A stretch of DNA of 64,000 nt from the NCBI GenBank assembly GCA_019244185.1, contig JAFATB010000025.1, positions 32,001-96,000 of the forward strand, read 5' to 3'. This document shows positions 33,213 through 43,255 of the stretch, in pieces (position 1 is the first letter of the stretch; every line of letters begins with the position of its first letter). The notes under the pieces were generated by a model. That model was not told where the DNA came from. It saw only the letters and a program-made list of their open reading frames with translations, and made no database searches. A program made the position numbers and the translations under genes. The stretch comes from Acidobacteriota bacterium (GTDB lineage Bacteria; Acidobacteriota; Thermoanaerobaculia; Gp7-AA8).

Positions 33213-33957
33213 AGTGCTCGCGCAGCGGGCGACGCTCGAGCGCGGCGCGCTCGCGGGCGTGGCGTGGTCGCTCGTGCTGCACGGCGGCTTGATCGCGCTC
33301 GTGTTCTACGCGGCGACGCATGCCGAGGCGCCGCGGCCGGCGACGACGGTGAGCATCCAGTTCGCGCAGCTGCGCGCGGCGCAGCGTTCCGCGCCCGCGA
33401 TCGCGAAACCGGCGCCCGTGCTGACGCCGCCCGCGCCGCCGAAGCTCGAAGCACCGAAGCCGAAGATCGAAGAGCCGAAGCCCGCGGTCGAGACGCCGCC
33501 GCCCGCGAAGATCGAGAAGAACACCGTTCCGCTGTCGCCGTTCGGACGCTCGACGAAGAAAGGCTCGGAGACGCCGCCGCCGACGAAGCCCGCCGCCGCG
33601 CCGCCGCCAGTCGTGCCGCCGAGCGGCGCCGCGACGACGACCGACGTGCCGATCGGCGGCACCGGCATCCAGGGACTCGAAGGCGGCGACTTCCCGTACA
33701 CGCTCTACATCGAGGCAATGCAACGGAAGATCGGCAGCAACTGGTTCCGCCCGCAGCTCGCCGGCGGCGCCGCGACGATCATCTACTTCCGCATCCAGCG
33801 CGACGGCTCGATCGCCGAGGCGCGCGTCGAGACTTCCAGCGGCAACGCGACGTTCGACCGCGCGGCGCTCTCCGCCGTGCGTAGCTCTCACCCACTGAAC
33901 CCGCTTCCGTTCGGCTACAGCGGAAGTTACCTCGGAGTACACCTGACTTTCCGATGA
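33193..33957 (+). CDS. tolA: TolA/TonB-family energy transducer
   Basis: N-terminal TM with S..LH, Pro-rich linker, SSG...FDRAAL.AV C-terminal domain. Confidence 0.8.
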
Positions 33958-35240
33958 AGACATCACTGCTTTTGCTCGCCACGCTCGCCCTCGCGCCGCT
34001 CGCCGCCGCGCAGACCGACATCAACACGACGCTGAACGCGAACCAGGCGGCGCAGGTCGTGCGCATCGCCGTGCCGTTTCCCGAGCTCGTGCCGCCGTCG
34101 GCGCCGGTCGCGCCCGAACCGGTCAACAGCGAGGAAGTGCGCAACGGCTTCTTCGGTCCGCTGACGCGCGACATCGCCTACTCCGGCATCTTCGCCATCG
34201 CGCCGCTGCCGCCGTCCGTGCCCGTCAATACGGAACTGCTGAAACGCATCAACGCGCAGTTGCTGCTCCGGCTGAACGTATGGAAAGAAGGCGACGACTA
34301 CGTGGTGGAAGCGCGTCTCGTCGATCAGGCCGGATCGACGCAACTCGGGAAGCGCTACCGCTCCCCCGCCCCCGCCCTCGGGCGGACGGCGCACATGCTC
34401 GCCAACGAGCTCGTACGCACGCTGAACGGCCGGCCCGGCGTGTTCCTCTCGCAGATCGCGTTCGCGTCGAACCGCACGGGCAACTGGGAAATCTGGCTGA
34501 TGGATTGGGACGGCTCGAACCAGCGCCGCATCACGTTCCACAACGCGCTGTCGATCCTTCCGAGCTGGTCGCCCGACAACGAGCGCATGGTCTACACGTC
34601 GTTCGCGCGCGGCACGAGCGACATGTACATCATCAACCGGCGCGGCGGCGGTCGGATGCGCATCAACAGCGGCCTCGCGCTCAACACGTCCGCGACGTTC
34701 TCGCCGGTCGGCGACGACATCGCGTTCGTCGGTTCGGTGCACGGCAATCCCGACATCTACCTCATCAAGGATGACGGCTCGAACATCCGCCGGCTCACGA
34801 CGACCGGCTCGGTCGAGTCGACGCCGGAGTGGAGCCCGAACGGCCGGCAGATCGCGTTCACGTCCGGCCGCAGCGGCACGCCGCAGATCTACGTCATGGA
34901 CGCGGAAGGGACGAACGTCCGCCGCATCTCGTACGACGGCAACTGGAACGACGACGCGGTGTTCTCGCCCGACGGCGAGAAGCTCGCGTATACGTCGCGC
35001 GTCAACGGCCGCTTTCAGATCCGCATCGCCAACCTCATTACCAATGAGAGCCGCATCGTCGCCGGCGAAGGCTCGAACGAGCAGCCGACGTGGTCGCCGG
35101 ACGGCAACTGGATCTCGTTCCAGTCGAACCGCAGCGGCGCGTGGCAGGTCTACCGGATGCGCATCGACGGCACCGACCTCTTGCAGCTCACGTTCGACGG
35201 CGAGAACAAAGAGCCCGATTGGTCCAAGAAACCGGAGTAA
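33954..35240 (+). CDS. tolB: TolB beta-propeller protein
   Basis: PD40 repeats (P.WSPDG); position between tolA and pal. Confidence 0.92.
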   Translation: MKTSLLLLATLALAPLAAAQTDINTTLNANQAAQVVRIAVPFPELVPPSAPVAPEPVNSEEVRNGFFGPLTRDIAYSGIFAIAPLPPSVPVNTELLKRINAQLLLRLNVWKEGDDYVVEARLVDQAGSTQLGKRYRSPAPALGRTAHMLANELVRTLNGRPGVFLSQIAFASNRTGNWEIWLMDWDGSNQRRITFHNALSILPSWSPDNERMVYTSFARGTSDMYIINRRGGGRMRINSGLALNTSATFSPVGDDIAFVGSVHGNPDIYLIKDDGSNIRRLTTTGSVESTPEWSPNGRQIAFTSGRSGTPQIYVMDAEGTNVRRISYDGNWNDDAVFSPDGEKLAYTSRVNGRFQIRIANLITNESRIVAGEGSNEQPTWSPDGNWISFQSNRSGAWQVYRMRIDGTDLLQLTFDGENKEPDWSKKPE

Positions 35241-35270
35241 ACGTTTAGAATCCGTGGAGGGAGTGGAATC

Positions 35271-35879
35271 ATGAAGAAACTGAGCAACATCCTGCTGACG
35301 AGCCTGGCGGTCGTACTGATCGTGCTCGCCCCCGCCTGCCGCTCGAAGAAGAAGAACATCCCGCCGGTGGTGACGCCGAGCGACACATCCGCGTCCGCCC
35401 CCGACGTCGCGCCGCCGCCGGCCACGAACACCGGCACGACGGTCGCGCCGCCGACGGACTTCGTCGACGAGACGCCGAAGCCGGTCGAGGAAACGCTGCC
35501 CGCCGACATCGAGCAGCTCAACCGCTACGTGCAGCAGAAGGGCTATCTGCGCGACGCGTTCTACAACTACGACGAGGCGACGCTCGACGACGCCGCGCAG
35601 TCCGCGCTCTCCGCGTCCGCGACGTGGCTCAAGAGCAAGGACGGCGCGGGCTACAACCTCCTCGTCGAAGGACACTGCGACGAGCGCGGCACCGAGCAGT
35701 ACAACCTCGCCCTCGGCGACCGCCGCGCGAACAGCGCGAAGGACTATCTCGTCACGCTCGGCGTCGACAGCGGCCGCATCCGCACCGTCAGCTACGGCGA
35801 AGAGCGCCCGTTCGATGAAGGACACGAGGACTCCGCGTGGGCGAAGAACCGCCGCGCGCATCTCGTCCTGGTGAGATAA
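35271..35879 (+). CDS. pal: Peptidoglycan-associated lipoprotein
   Basis: Lipobox; EGHCDERGT..YN.ALG.RRA, SYGEERP, KNRRA motifs. Confidence 0.96.
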   Translation: MKKLSNILLTSLAVVLIVLAPACRSKKKNIPPVVTPSDTSASAPDVAPPPATNTGTTVAPPTDFVDETPKPVEETLPADIEQLNRYVQQKGYLRDAFYNYDEATLDDAAQSALSASATWLKSKDGAGYNLLVEGHCDERGTEQYNLALGDRRANSAKDYLVTLGVDSGRIRTVSYGEERPFDEGHEDSAWAKNRRAHLVLVR

Positions 35880-35883
35880 CGCG

Positions 35884-36738
35884 ATGCGACTCCTCTCCCG
35901 AATCGTTCCGGCGGTGCTCGCGCTCGGCACCTTCGCCTGCGTCTCGACCTCCGACTTCCAGCAGGTGCAGTCGCAGGTCGCAGAACTGCAGGAACAGCTC
36001 GCGTCGGTGAAGCGCACGGCCTCGTCGAAAGAAGAGGTGCAGGGCGTCAACCAGCGCATCGCCGAGCAGACCGAGACGCTGCTGAAGTCGAACGCGACTC
36101 TTGTCGCAAAGGTCGACGAGATCGACGAGCACGTGCAGAACATGCAGGGCGCGATCGAGCAGGGCGGCTACCGCAACGACCGCCTCGCGCAGCAGCTCAC
36201 GCAGGCGCAGCACGACATCGAGACGCTGCGCGCGCAGCTCGCCGCGATGCAGGCCGCGCCGCCCGCGGCTGCATCCGCCGGTACGACCGCTCCCACTGCC
36301 GGCACCGCGGCGATGAGCGAGGTCACCGTTCCCGCGCCCGTCACGCCCGCCGCCGACCCGATGCAGACGTATCAGGCCGCGTATCGCGACTACCAGCGCG
36401 GCAACTACGACCTGGCCATCGAGGGCTTCCGCGATTTCCTCGCCGCGAACGCCAATTCCGAGCTCGCCGACAACGCAAGCTACTGGATTGGCGAGTCTCT
36501 TTACTCGCAGAAGAAATATCAGGAGGCCATCGAACAGTTCGATAGCGTCGTCAACAAATATCCCCGGTCCGACAAGGTGCCGGGCGCGTTGCTGAAGAAA
36601 GGCTACGCGTACATCGCCCTCGGACAGAAAGCACAAGGAATTGTGCAACTGCAGTACGTCGTGCACGAGCACCCGAAGTCGCAGGAAGCGCCTCTGGCGC
36701 GCCAGAAACTGAAGGCGCTCGGCATCGATACCAAGTAA
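35884..36738 (+). CDS. cpoB: Tol-pal system protein CpoB/YbgF
   Basis: Lipoprotein with coiled coil and TPRs (NA.YWIGE, ALLK.G); follows pal. Confidence 0.9.
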   Translation: MRLLSRIVPAVLALGTFACVSTSDFQQVQSQVAELQEQLASVKRTASSKEEVQGVNQRIAEQTETLLKSNATLVAKVDEIDEHVQNMQGAIEQGGYRNDRLAQQLTQAQHDIETLRAQLAAMQAAPPAAASAGTTAPTAGTAAMSEVTVPAPVTPAADPMQTYQAAYRDYQRGNYDLAIEGFRDFLAANANSELADNASYWIGESLYSQKKYQEAIEQFDSVVNKYPRSDKVPGALLKKGYAYIALGQKAQGIVQLQYVVHEHPKSQEAPLARQKLKALGIDTK

Positions 36739-36774
36739 ACTACGCCGCTTTAACTTTCAATCAGGAGCAGATTC

Positions 36775-37041
36775 ATGGCGAACATTGCCTCGGCCGAGAA
36801 ACAGAGACGGCAGGCCGAAAAACGGAAGGCGCGGAACCGCGCGGGCAAGTCAAACCTGCGCAGCGCGCTCAAGAAGGCCCGCACGGCCATCACCGGCGGC
36901 GACGCGGACAAGGACGTCCTCGCGACCGGGTTCTCGGCCATCGACAAGGCAGCCAAGCGCGGTCTGATCAAGGACAACACCGCGGACCGCTACAAGTCGC
37001 GGCTCGCCGGCGCGTCCAAGCGCACGGCGTCCTCGAAGTAA
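36775..37041 (+). CDS. rpsT: 30S ribosomal protein S20
   Basis: MANIASAEKQRRQ...RN...KS..R, DKAAK.G.I..N.A.R.KSRL. Confidence 0.97.
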   Translation: MANIASAEKQRRQAEKRKARNRAGKSNLRSALKKARTAITGGDADKDVLATGFSAIDKAAKRGLIKDNTADRYKSRLAGASKRTASSK

Positions 37042-37066
37042 CGCACGCGCGCAACAGCCTTGTCGC

Positions 37067-37108
37067 ACAAAGCGGCGCATCCCTCGCGGGTGCGCCGTTT
37101 TTGTTTGT
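37067..37108 (+). terminator. Intrinsic terminator after rpsT
   Basis: GCGGCGCATCC/GGGTGCGCCGT stem followed by TTTTTGTTTGT. Confidence 0.85.
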
Positions 37109-37256
37109 GAGCCCGTCCGCTCGTCCACGACCTCCCGCGCCGCAGCCGCACTTCCGGGATCTGATCGATCGACTCCGAAGACGCTGCCAAACGACGCGGC
37201 GAAGTCTTTCCTCGAGCCCAACCCGAGCTGTGCCAGAGCAGATGGGAGCGATCGAC

Positions 37257-37601
37257 GAAGGTCGGTAGCTTCAAGCTGAAGGCAGGTCGCTTCAAATCGA
37301 TGGTCAGCCGCTTCAAAGGCGAAGGTCGGCAGCTTCGACTTGAAGGTCGGCAGCTTCGACTTGAAGGTCGGTCGCTTCAAACGTGAACGTCGGCAGCTTC
37401 GACTTGAAGGGCGGTCCCTTCAAACGTGAACGTCGGCAGCTTCGACTCGAAAGCCGGCAGCTTCGAGTCGAGGGGCGTCCGCTTCGATTTGAAGGTCGGC
37501 AGCTTCGACTTGAAGGTTGGTAGCTTGAAAATTGAAGATCAGCAGTCATTCAAAGAGTACGCGAGCGCGCAAGTCGAAGGTGACCAGCTTCAATTTGAAG
37601 G
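37257..37601. repeat. Tandem array of ~16 periods of a 21(22)-bp quasi-palindromic unit, consensus GAAGGTCGGCAGCTTCGACTT
   Basis: Perfect units at 37321, 37342 and 37491; variants in register from 37257 to 37596. Confidence 0.95.
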
Positions 37602-37612
37602 AGGGACGTCGC

Positions 37613-38521
37613 TTAGGTCAGCGCCGCCTCGATCACCGCGGGCTCCTGCACCTCGCGGTTCTTCGCCGGGAAGCGTCGATCGAACGCTACGAACAGCGCC
37701 GCGATCACGATGAACATGAAGAGGCTCGCCTCGAGACCGCGCGGGCCTCCGGTGATCCAGTCGGCGCCCGTCCAGCGCGTGGCGAGAAAGCGATCCGCGA
37801 GCGGCTTGCCGTCGTTGCCCGTGTTCGGCGCGCCGAGGACGTTCAGCGCGATGAAGTCGAACGCGGTGTGGAAGCCCGCCGAGAACCAGAGATCGCCCGT
37901 GCGCCGCAGCGCGAAGGTCATGAAGAGTCCGAGCAGGCCAACCGTCGTCGCGTCGACCCAGTTCTCCATCGGCTTGGTGAAGTAGTGCAGCGCGCCGAAG
38001 AGAATCGCCAGCAGCCACGCCGCCGGCCAGAAGCCCATGCCGCGCGCCAGCGCGTCGAATGGATATCCACGGAACAGGAACTCCTCGAAGAAGCCGAGGA
38101 CGATCATGGTCACGAACCAGAGCACGACCGCTTTCGCGAGCGCGGCGCCGTGCAGCGCGAGCCCGTCGATGTGCGCACCACCCGCCGCGACGACCATCCC
38201 CATCGCCGCCAGCGGCGCGAGCGTCCCCCACAACATCCCCTCCCACCACTTCGCCCCGAACGCGATCCGGATCGGAAATCCATAGGATCCGACCGTGCGC
38301 CGCTCCCAACGCGCGAATGCGGTCGCGACCGCGAGCATCGCCACGAAACCGGCGCCGTCTGAGATCAGGAAGTCCAGGACGTTGAATCCCGGCGACGGCT
38401 TGTAGCCCGCTTTCATCACCGCGAACTGCAGGAGGTTCTGCAGCGTCATCGACGCGACCACGAACAGGAGAAATCGCCATCCGGCGCGCACGCCGTTGGG
38501 ACCGACGAAGATGGTCTTCAT
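37613..38521 (-). CDS. CPBP (CAAX/Abi) intramembrane metalloprotease
   Basis: EE.LFRGY, FG.LH and G.LW...GFH motifs. Confidence 0.92.
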   Translation of the reverse strand: MKTIFVGPNGVRAGWRFLLFVVASMTLQNLLQFAVMKAGYKPSPGFNVLDFLISDGAGFVAMLAVATAFARWERRTVGSYGFPIRIAFGAKWWEGMLWGTLAPLAAMGMVVAAGGAHIDGLALHGAALAKAVVLWFVTMIVLGFFEEFLFRGYPFDALARGMGFWPAAWLLAILFGALHYFTKPMENWVDATTVGLLGLFMTFALRRTGDLWFSAGFHTAFDFIALNVLGAPNTGNDGKPLADRFLATRWTGADWITGGPRGLEASLFMFIVIAALFVAFDRRFPAKNREVQEPAVIEAALT

Positions 38522-38607
38522 GAAAAGGATTACGGGCGCGGCCGCGAACGGGTTTCAGATGCTCGGTGAGCCCGGGGTATCGTAGGTCGCGCGATGGAGC
38601 CGGTCCG

Positions 38608-38862
38608 ATGAGTCCAACCATCTTTCGCGAGGGACCGGCCGTGACGAACGTTTCGCGCCACGGCTTCTGGCTCTGGCTCGGAACGGGCGAACTGTTCGTG
38701 CCGTTTTCGGAGTTCCCGTGGTTCGCCGACGCCACCATCGCAAAGATCACGAACGTCGAACGGCCAGCCGAAGACCATCTCTACTGGCCCGATCTCGACA
38801 TCGACCTCTCGATCCGCTCCATCGAGCATCCTGAAGAGTTCCCGCTCCGGTCGCGGTCGTGA
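38608..38862 (+). CDS. DUF2442-family (putative antitoxin) protein with a DUF4160-like N-terminal decapeptide
   Basis: VTNVS.HGFWL, F..FPWF..AT, HLYWP.LD.DLS..SI.HPE.FPL; GGAG RBS before ATG 38608. Confidence 0.8.
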   Translation: MSPTIFREGPAVTNVSRHGFWLWLGTGELFVPFSEFPWFADATIAKITNVERPAEDHLYWPDLDIDLSIRSIEHPEEFPLRSRS

Positions 38863-38870
38863 TCGCGGTT

Positions 38871-39383
38871 TCAGAAGCCTTCGAGGAGGTTCGTGAGCAG
38901 CCCTTCCGCGAAGCGCACCGCGATCTCGGTGATCGCGCGCGTCTCCTGGTCGAACGCGTCGGTGCTTTCGAGGTTGACGTCGTAGTCCTCGGTGAAGCGG
39001 TACTGGTCGTTTTTCCAGATCACTTTGTCGTCGTGGCGGTGGTCGACGAGCTCGATCTTCGCGGTGATCGAGACCTGGTAGCGCGTGGCGCGGCCCTGGT
39101 CGAACGCGATCGGGAAGATGTTGAACGTGTCGATGGAGCCGCGGAGGATGGCGTCGGCTTCGTTCGCGGTGGTGACGAGGCGCAATCGTCCGCGCGACAC
39201 GAACTCCTCGGCCACGGCCTGCGTCACGCGCTGCTCGAGCTCGACGCGCGTGGTGCGGTTGACGAAGGCCGGCACCTGGATCGTGTGGATGCTCGGATCG
39301 AGCAGGTTGCTGTGGCCGACGAGCGCGTAGCCGCAACCGGAAAGCGAGAGGCCGAGCAGCGCGGCAACGAGCAGCTTTCTCAT
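38871..39383 (-). CDS. lptE: LPS assembly lipoprotein LptE family
   Basis: LSGCGY lipobox; F.N.T motif; conserved position after leuS. Confidence 0.8.
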   Translation of the reverse strand: MRKLLVAALLGLSLSGCGYALVGHSNLLDPSIHTIQVPAFVNRTTRVELEQRVTQAVAEEFVSRGRLRLVTTANEADAILRGSIDTFNIFPIAFDQGRATRYQVSITAKIELVDHRHDDKVIWKNDQYRFTEDYDVNLESTDAFDQETRAITEIAVRFAEGLLTNLLEGF

Positions 39384-41914
39384 TTCACCACCACGTTCAC
39401 CAGCTTACCCGGTACGTAGATCTTCTTCACGATCGTTTTTCCGGCGAGCCAGGTCTGGATCTTCTCGTTCGCGTCGACGGCCGCCCACACGCTCGCCTCT
39501 TCCGGCGGCGCGGCCACTTCGACCTGCCCGCGCAGCTTGCCGTTGACCTGCACCGCGATCACGACCTCGTCCTCCTGCATCAGCGCGCGGTCCGCGACCG
39601 GCCACTTCGCGGTGAGGATGAAGCCGTCGTTGCCGAAGAGCGACCAGAGCTCTTCGGTCGCATGCGGCGCGAACGGATGCAGGAGCTTGAGCAGCGTCTC
39701 GTACGCCTCGCGCAGTTCCGCGCCGCCGCCGGCATTGACGGCGTCGCCGAGGACGTTCGAGAACTCCATCAGCGCGGAGATGGCGGTGTTGAACTCGAAG
39801 CGCTCGATGCGCGACGTCACGGCGTCGATGGTCTGGTGCATTTTGCGGATCACCCGGGGATCGACGTCGCCAGACACTTTCGCGTTCAGAATCGCGGCGC
39901 CCATGTTCCAGACGCGGCCGAGGAAACGATACGCGCCGATGACGCCCTCGTCCGACCACGCGGCTTCCTTCTCCGGCGGCGCGATGAAGAGCGTGTACAC
40001 GCGCTCGGTGTCGGCGCCGAAGCGTTCGATCAGCTCGTCGGGAGGCACGACGTTGAAGCGCGACTTCGACATCTTGCCGATCTCCGCGGTGAGCTCGGTG
40101 TCGCCGCGATACGGTTTGTTGTCGCGCCACTCGACTTCGGCCGGCGGCACCCACGAGCCGCCCGGCGTCTTGAAGCCTTCCTTAATGATCATGCCCTGGT
40201 TGAAGAGGCGCGCGAACGGCTCTTCGAACTGCAGCAGTCCCATGTCGTGCAGCGTGCGCGTGATGAAGCGCGCGTAGAGCAGGTGCAGGATCGCGTGCTC
40301 GATGCCGCCGATGTACTGGTCGACCGGCAGCCAGCGATTCACGAGCGCGGGATCGAAGATCTTCTCGTCGTCGCGCGGCGTGACGAAGCGCAGGAAGTAC
40401 CACGACGAGTCGACGAACGTGTCCATCGTGTCCGTCTCACGGCGCGCGGCACCGCTGCATTGCGGGCATGTCGCGTTGACGAACGCCTCGTGCTTCGCGA
40501 GCGGATTCCCTTCGCGTCCCGTGAACGGCACGTCGAGCGGCAGGCGCACGGGCAGCTGCTCTTCCGGCACCGGCTGCAGACCGCACGCGTCGCAGTAGAT
40601 CATCGGAATCGGCGTGCCCCAGTAGCGCTGGCGCGAGATGAGCCAGTCCCGCAGCCGGTACCGCACGGTCCCTTTGCCCAGACCGCGCTCTTCGATGATC
40701 TGGATGATGCGCTCGATGGCCCGCGGCACCGGGAGTCCGTCGATGGGACCGGAGTTCACGATGACGCCGTTCTCGTCCTTGAACGTGAACGCCTCCGCCA
40801 TCGCCGCAACGTCAACAGGTTGACCATCCGGCGGTCCGACCACGACCCGCAGCGGCAGACCGTACTGGCGCGCGAACTCGAAGTCGCGCTGATCGTGCGC
40901 GGGGACGGACATGATCGCGCCGGTGCCGTACTGCGGCAGGACGAAGTTCCCGAGCCAGATCGGGATCTCTTCTTCGGTGAACGGATTGATGGCCGTCTTG
41001 CCGGTGAAGCGTCCTTCCTTCCCTGCTTCCTGACGCTCGAGCGCCGACTGGTTGCGCACGTTGGCGATCCACGCCTCGATCTCCGCGCGGTCGGGATGAT
41101 CGGCGATGAGCTGCTGCACGTCGGGGTGCTCCGGCGCGAGAACCATGAACGTCGCGCCGAAGATCGTGTCCGGACGCGTGGTGAAGATGCGCAGCGCGTG
41201 GCCGAGCGCAGGGACCTGGAAGTCGACGTCGGCGCCGAGCGAGCGTCCGATCCAGTTCCGCTGCATCAGCTTCACCTTCTCGGGCCAATGCTCGAGCGTG
41301 TCGAGTCCGGCATCGAGACGATCGGCATATTCGGTGATTTTGAAGAACCACTGCGAGAGCTCGCGTTGTTCGACGAGCGCGCCGCAGCGCTCGCAGCGGC
41401 CGTCGACGACCTGTTCGTTCGCGAGCACCGTTTGATCCTGCGGACACCAGTTCACGGGCGCGGTGCCGCGATACGCGAGGCCGCGTTTGTAGAGTTGCAG
41501 GAAGAGCCACTGGTTCCAGCGGTAGTAGTCGGCCTCGCACGAGGCGATCTCTTTCGACCAGTCGTAGAGGATGCCCCAGCGTGCGAACTGCGCCTTCATT
41601 CGCCCGATGTTGCCGAGCGTCCATTCGCGCGGATGGATGCCGCGCTTGATGGCGGCGTTCTCCGCGGGCAATCCGAACGCGTCCCACCCCATCGGATTGA
41701 GCGCAGCGCGGCCCTGCATGCGGAAGTAGCGATAGAGCGCGTCGCCGAGGATGTAGTTGCGGCCGTGCCCGACATGCAGATCGCCGGACGGGTACGGAAA
41801 CATGTTCAGCATGTAGAGCTTGTCGCCCGGCGCGGCGACGTCGATCTCCGCGACGCGCGCGTCCGCCCATGCTTTCTGCCACTTCGGTTCGATGTCGGTG
41901 GGTCGGTATTGCAT
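39380..41914 (-). CDS. leuS: Leucyl-tRNA synthetase
   Basis: MFPYPSG.LHVGH (HIGH), KMSKS, ISRQRYWG motifs. Confidence 0.99.
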   Translation of the reverse strand: MQYRPTDIEPKWQKAWADARVAEIDVAAPGDKLYMLNMFPYPSGDLHVGHGRNYILGDALYRYFRMQGRAALNPMGWDAFGLPAENAAIKRGIHPREWTLGNIGRMKAQFARWGILYDWSKEIASCEADYYRWNQWLFLQLYKRGLAYRGTAPVNWCPQDQTVLANEQVVDGRCERCGALVEQRELSQWFFKITEYADRLDAGLDTLEHWPEKVKLMQRNWIGRSLGADVDFQVPALGHALRIFTTRPDTIFGATFMVLAPEHPDVQQLIADHPDRAEIEAWIANVRNQSALERQEAGKEGRFTGKTAINPFTEEEIPIWLGNFVLPQYGTGAIMSVPAHDQRDFEFARQYGLPLRVVVGPPDGQPVDVAAMAEAFTFKDENGVIVNSGPIDGLPVPRAIERIIQIIEERGLGKGTVRYRLRDWLISRQRYWGTPIPMIYCDACGLQPVPEEQLPVRLPLDVPFTGREGNPLAKHEAFVNATCPQCSGAARRETDTMDTFVDSSWYFLRFVTPRDDEKIFDPALVNRWLPVDQYIGGIEHAILHLLYARFITRTLHDMGLLQFEEPFARLFNQGMIIKEGFKTPGGSWVPPAEVEWRDNKPYRGDTELTAEIGKMSKSRFNVVPPDELIERFGADTERVYTLFIAPPEKEAAWSDEGVIGAYRFLGRVWNMGAAILNAKVSGDVDPRVIRKMHQTIDAVTSRIERFEFNTAISALMEFSNVLGDAVNAGGGAELREAYETLLKLLHPFAPHATEELWSLFGNDGFILTAKWPVADRALMQEDEVVIAVQVNGKLRGQVEVAAPPEEASVWAAVDANEKIQTWLAGKTIVKKIYVPGKLVNVVVK

Positions 41915-42050
41915 AAGAGATCGCGCAGTATAAGGCGGCCCGGCCGCCTGCGCTGATTGGCAAAGCCCGGTGCGCCAGCCGCAGCACGACTTCACGCAGT
42001 GCCACGACGGAGCGGCACAACGTGGCGCAACTTCCGCTACTCTTCCCGCC

Positions 42051-42218
42051 ATGGAGCCACCGAGAAAAGACTGGCAGGAAGAGCGCGGCGGACGGATCGA
42101 TCCGACGATCTCACCCGATGGACCGCTCGACGGCGACGACCGCATCGACGAAGCGATCGCCGAGTCGTTTCCGGCGAGCGATCCGCCGTCGTACAACGGC
42201 GGGATCGACAAGGAGTAG
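42051..42218 (+). CDS. Small acidic protein with ESFPASDPP motif
   Basis: 55 aa; [17 protein letters not shown] matches a recurrent small-protein motif. Confidence 0.75.
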   Translation: MEPPRKDWQEERGGRIDPTISPDGPLDGDDRIDEAIAESFPASDPPSYNGGIDKE

Positions 42219-42232
42219 CGACCCTCGTCTGT

Positions 42233-42667
42233 CTACGGCCAGACGAACGTCACCGGCCCGTCGTTCTCCAGCGCGACGATCATCGTCTCGCGGAAGCGTC
42301 CCGTCTTCACCGTGATCCCGGTCGACGCGAGCTCGCGCACGAAGAGCTCGAACAACATCCGCGCGCGCTCCGGCTCCTCCGCATTGTCGAAGCTCGGCCG
42401 CCGTCCGCGTGCGATCGAGCCCGCGAGCGTGAACTGCGACACCGCCAGAATCGCGCCTTTTGCTTCGGAAACATCGCGATTCATCTTCCCCGCCTCGTCG
42501 CTGAAGATGCGCAGCTCGCGGATCTTTTTCGCCGCATCGCGCATCGCCTGCTCCGCGTCGCCCTTCTCCACCGCGGCGAGCACCAGCAGTCCCGCGCCGA
42601 TCTCCGACACGAGCTCCTCACCCACCGTCACCGACGCGCGTCGCACGCGCTGGATCACGCACTTCAT
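42233..42667 (-). CDS. dtd: D-aminoacyl-tRNA deacylase
   Basis: VIQRV..ASV, SQFTL, GRRPSF, NDGPVT motifs. Confidence 0.97.
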   Translation of the reverse strand: MKCVIQRVRRASVTVGEELVSEIGAGLLVLAAVEKGDAEQAMRDAAKKIRELRIFSDEAGKMNRDVSEAKGAILAVSQFTLAGSIARGRRPSFDNAEEPERARMLFELFVRELASTGITVKTGRFRETMIVALENDGPVTFVWP

Positions 42668-42748
42668 CGTCACTCCACCTCACGTAGAAAACCGCGGCTC
42701 AGGTATCCGGAGCGGATAGAATCCTGCACGTTCAAGGAGAAACACCGA

Positions 42749-43237
42749 ATGATCAACAAAGTCATCCTGGTCGGCCGCCTCGGCAAAGATCCCGAGATTC
42801 GCTCGACGCCCAACGGAATGACTGTCGCCAAGTTCACCGTCGCCACCGACGAGCGCTTCACCGACCGCAGCGGCGAGAAGCAGGAGCGCACCGAGTGGCA
42901 CAACATCGTGGTGTGGGGCAAGCTCGCCGAGATCTGCGGACAGTACCTGCGCAAGGGAAAGCTCGTCTATCTCGAAGGCTCGATCCGCACCGACAGCTGG
43001 GACGACAAAGAGTCGGGGCAGAAGCGCTACAAGACCGAGATCAACGTCCGCGACATGAAGATGCTCGATCGCCGCGATGACGGCGGCGGCGGTGGCGGCG
43101 GCGGAAGCAGCGCGTACGGCGGCGGCGGTGGCGGAAGCTACGGCGGCGGCGGTGGCTCGCGCGGCGGCTCGAAGGGCGGCGGCGGTTCCGCGCCTCCGGA
43201 CAGTGGATTCGATGATGATGAGGACGTGCCGTTCTAG
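42749..43237 (+). CDS. ssb: Single-stranded DNA-binding protein
   Basis: [18 protein letters not shown], Gly-rich linker, DDEDVPF tail. Confidence 0.98.
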   Translation: MINKVILVGRLGKDPEIRSTPNGMTVAKFTVATDERFTDRSGEKQERTEWHNIVVWGKLAEICGQYLRKGKLVYLEGSIRTDSWDDKESGQKRYKTEINVRDMKMLDRRDDGGGGGGGGSSAYGGGGGGSYGGGGGSRGGSKGGGGSAPPDSGFDDDEDVPF

Positions 43238-43249
43238 GGAACGGCACGT
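43224..43249. terminator. Hairpin at the ssb stop, between convergent genes
   Basis: ACGTGCCGTTC-TAGG-GAACGGCACGT perfect 11-bp inverted repeat; no U-tract. Confidence 0.45.
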
Positions 43250-43255
43250 ATCCCC

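Noticed and set aside
37257-37601. CRISPR array, or a coding heptapeptide-repeat gene (ORFs 36850-37380, 37313-37549, 37426-37713)
   Set aside because: Units are contiguous with no unique spacers and there are no cas genes; the 22-nt units shift the frame repeatedly.
43081-43190. GGC trinucleotide-rich tract
   Set aside because: It is the normal Gly-rich linker of SSB.
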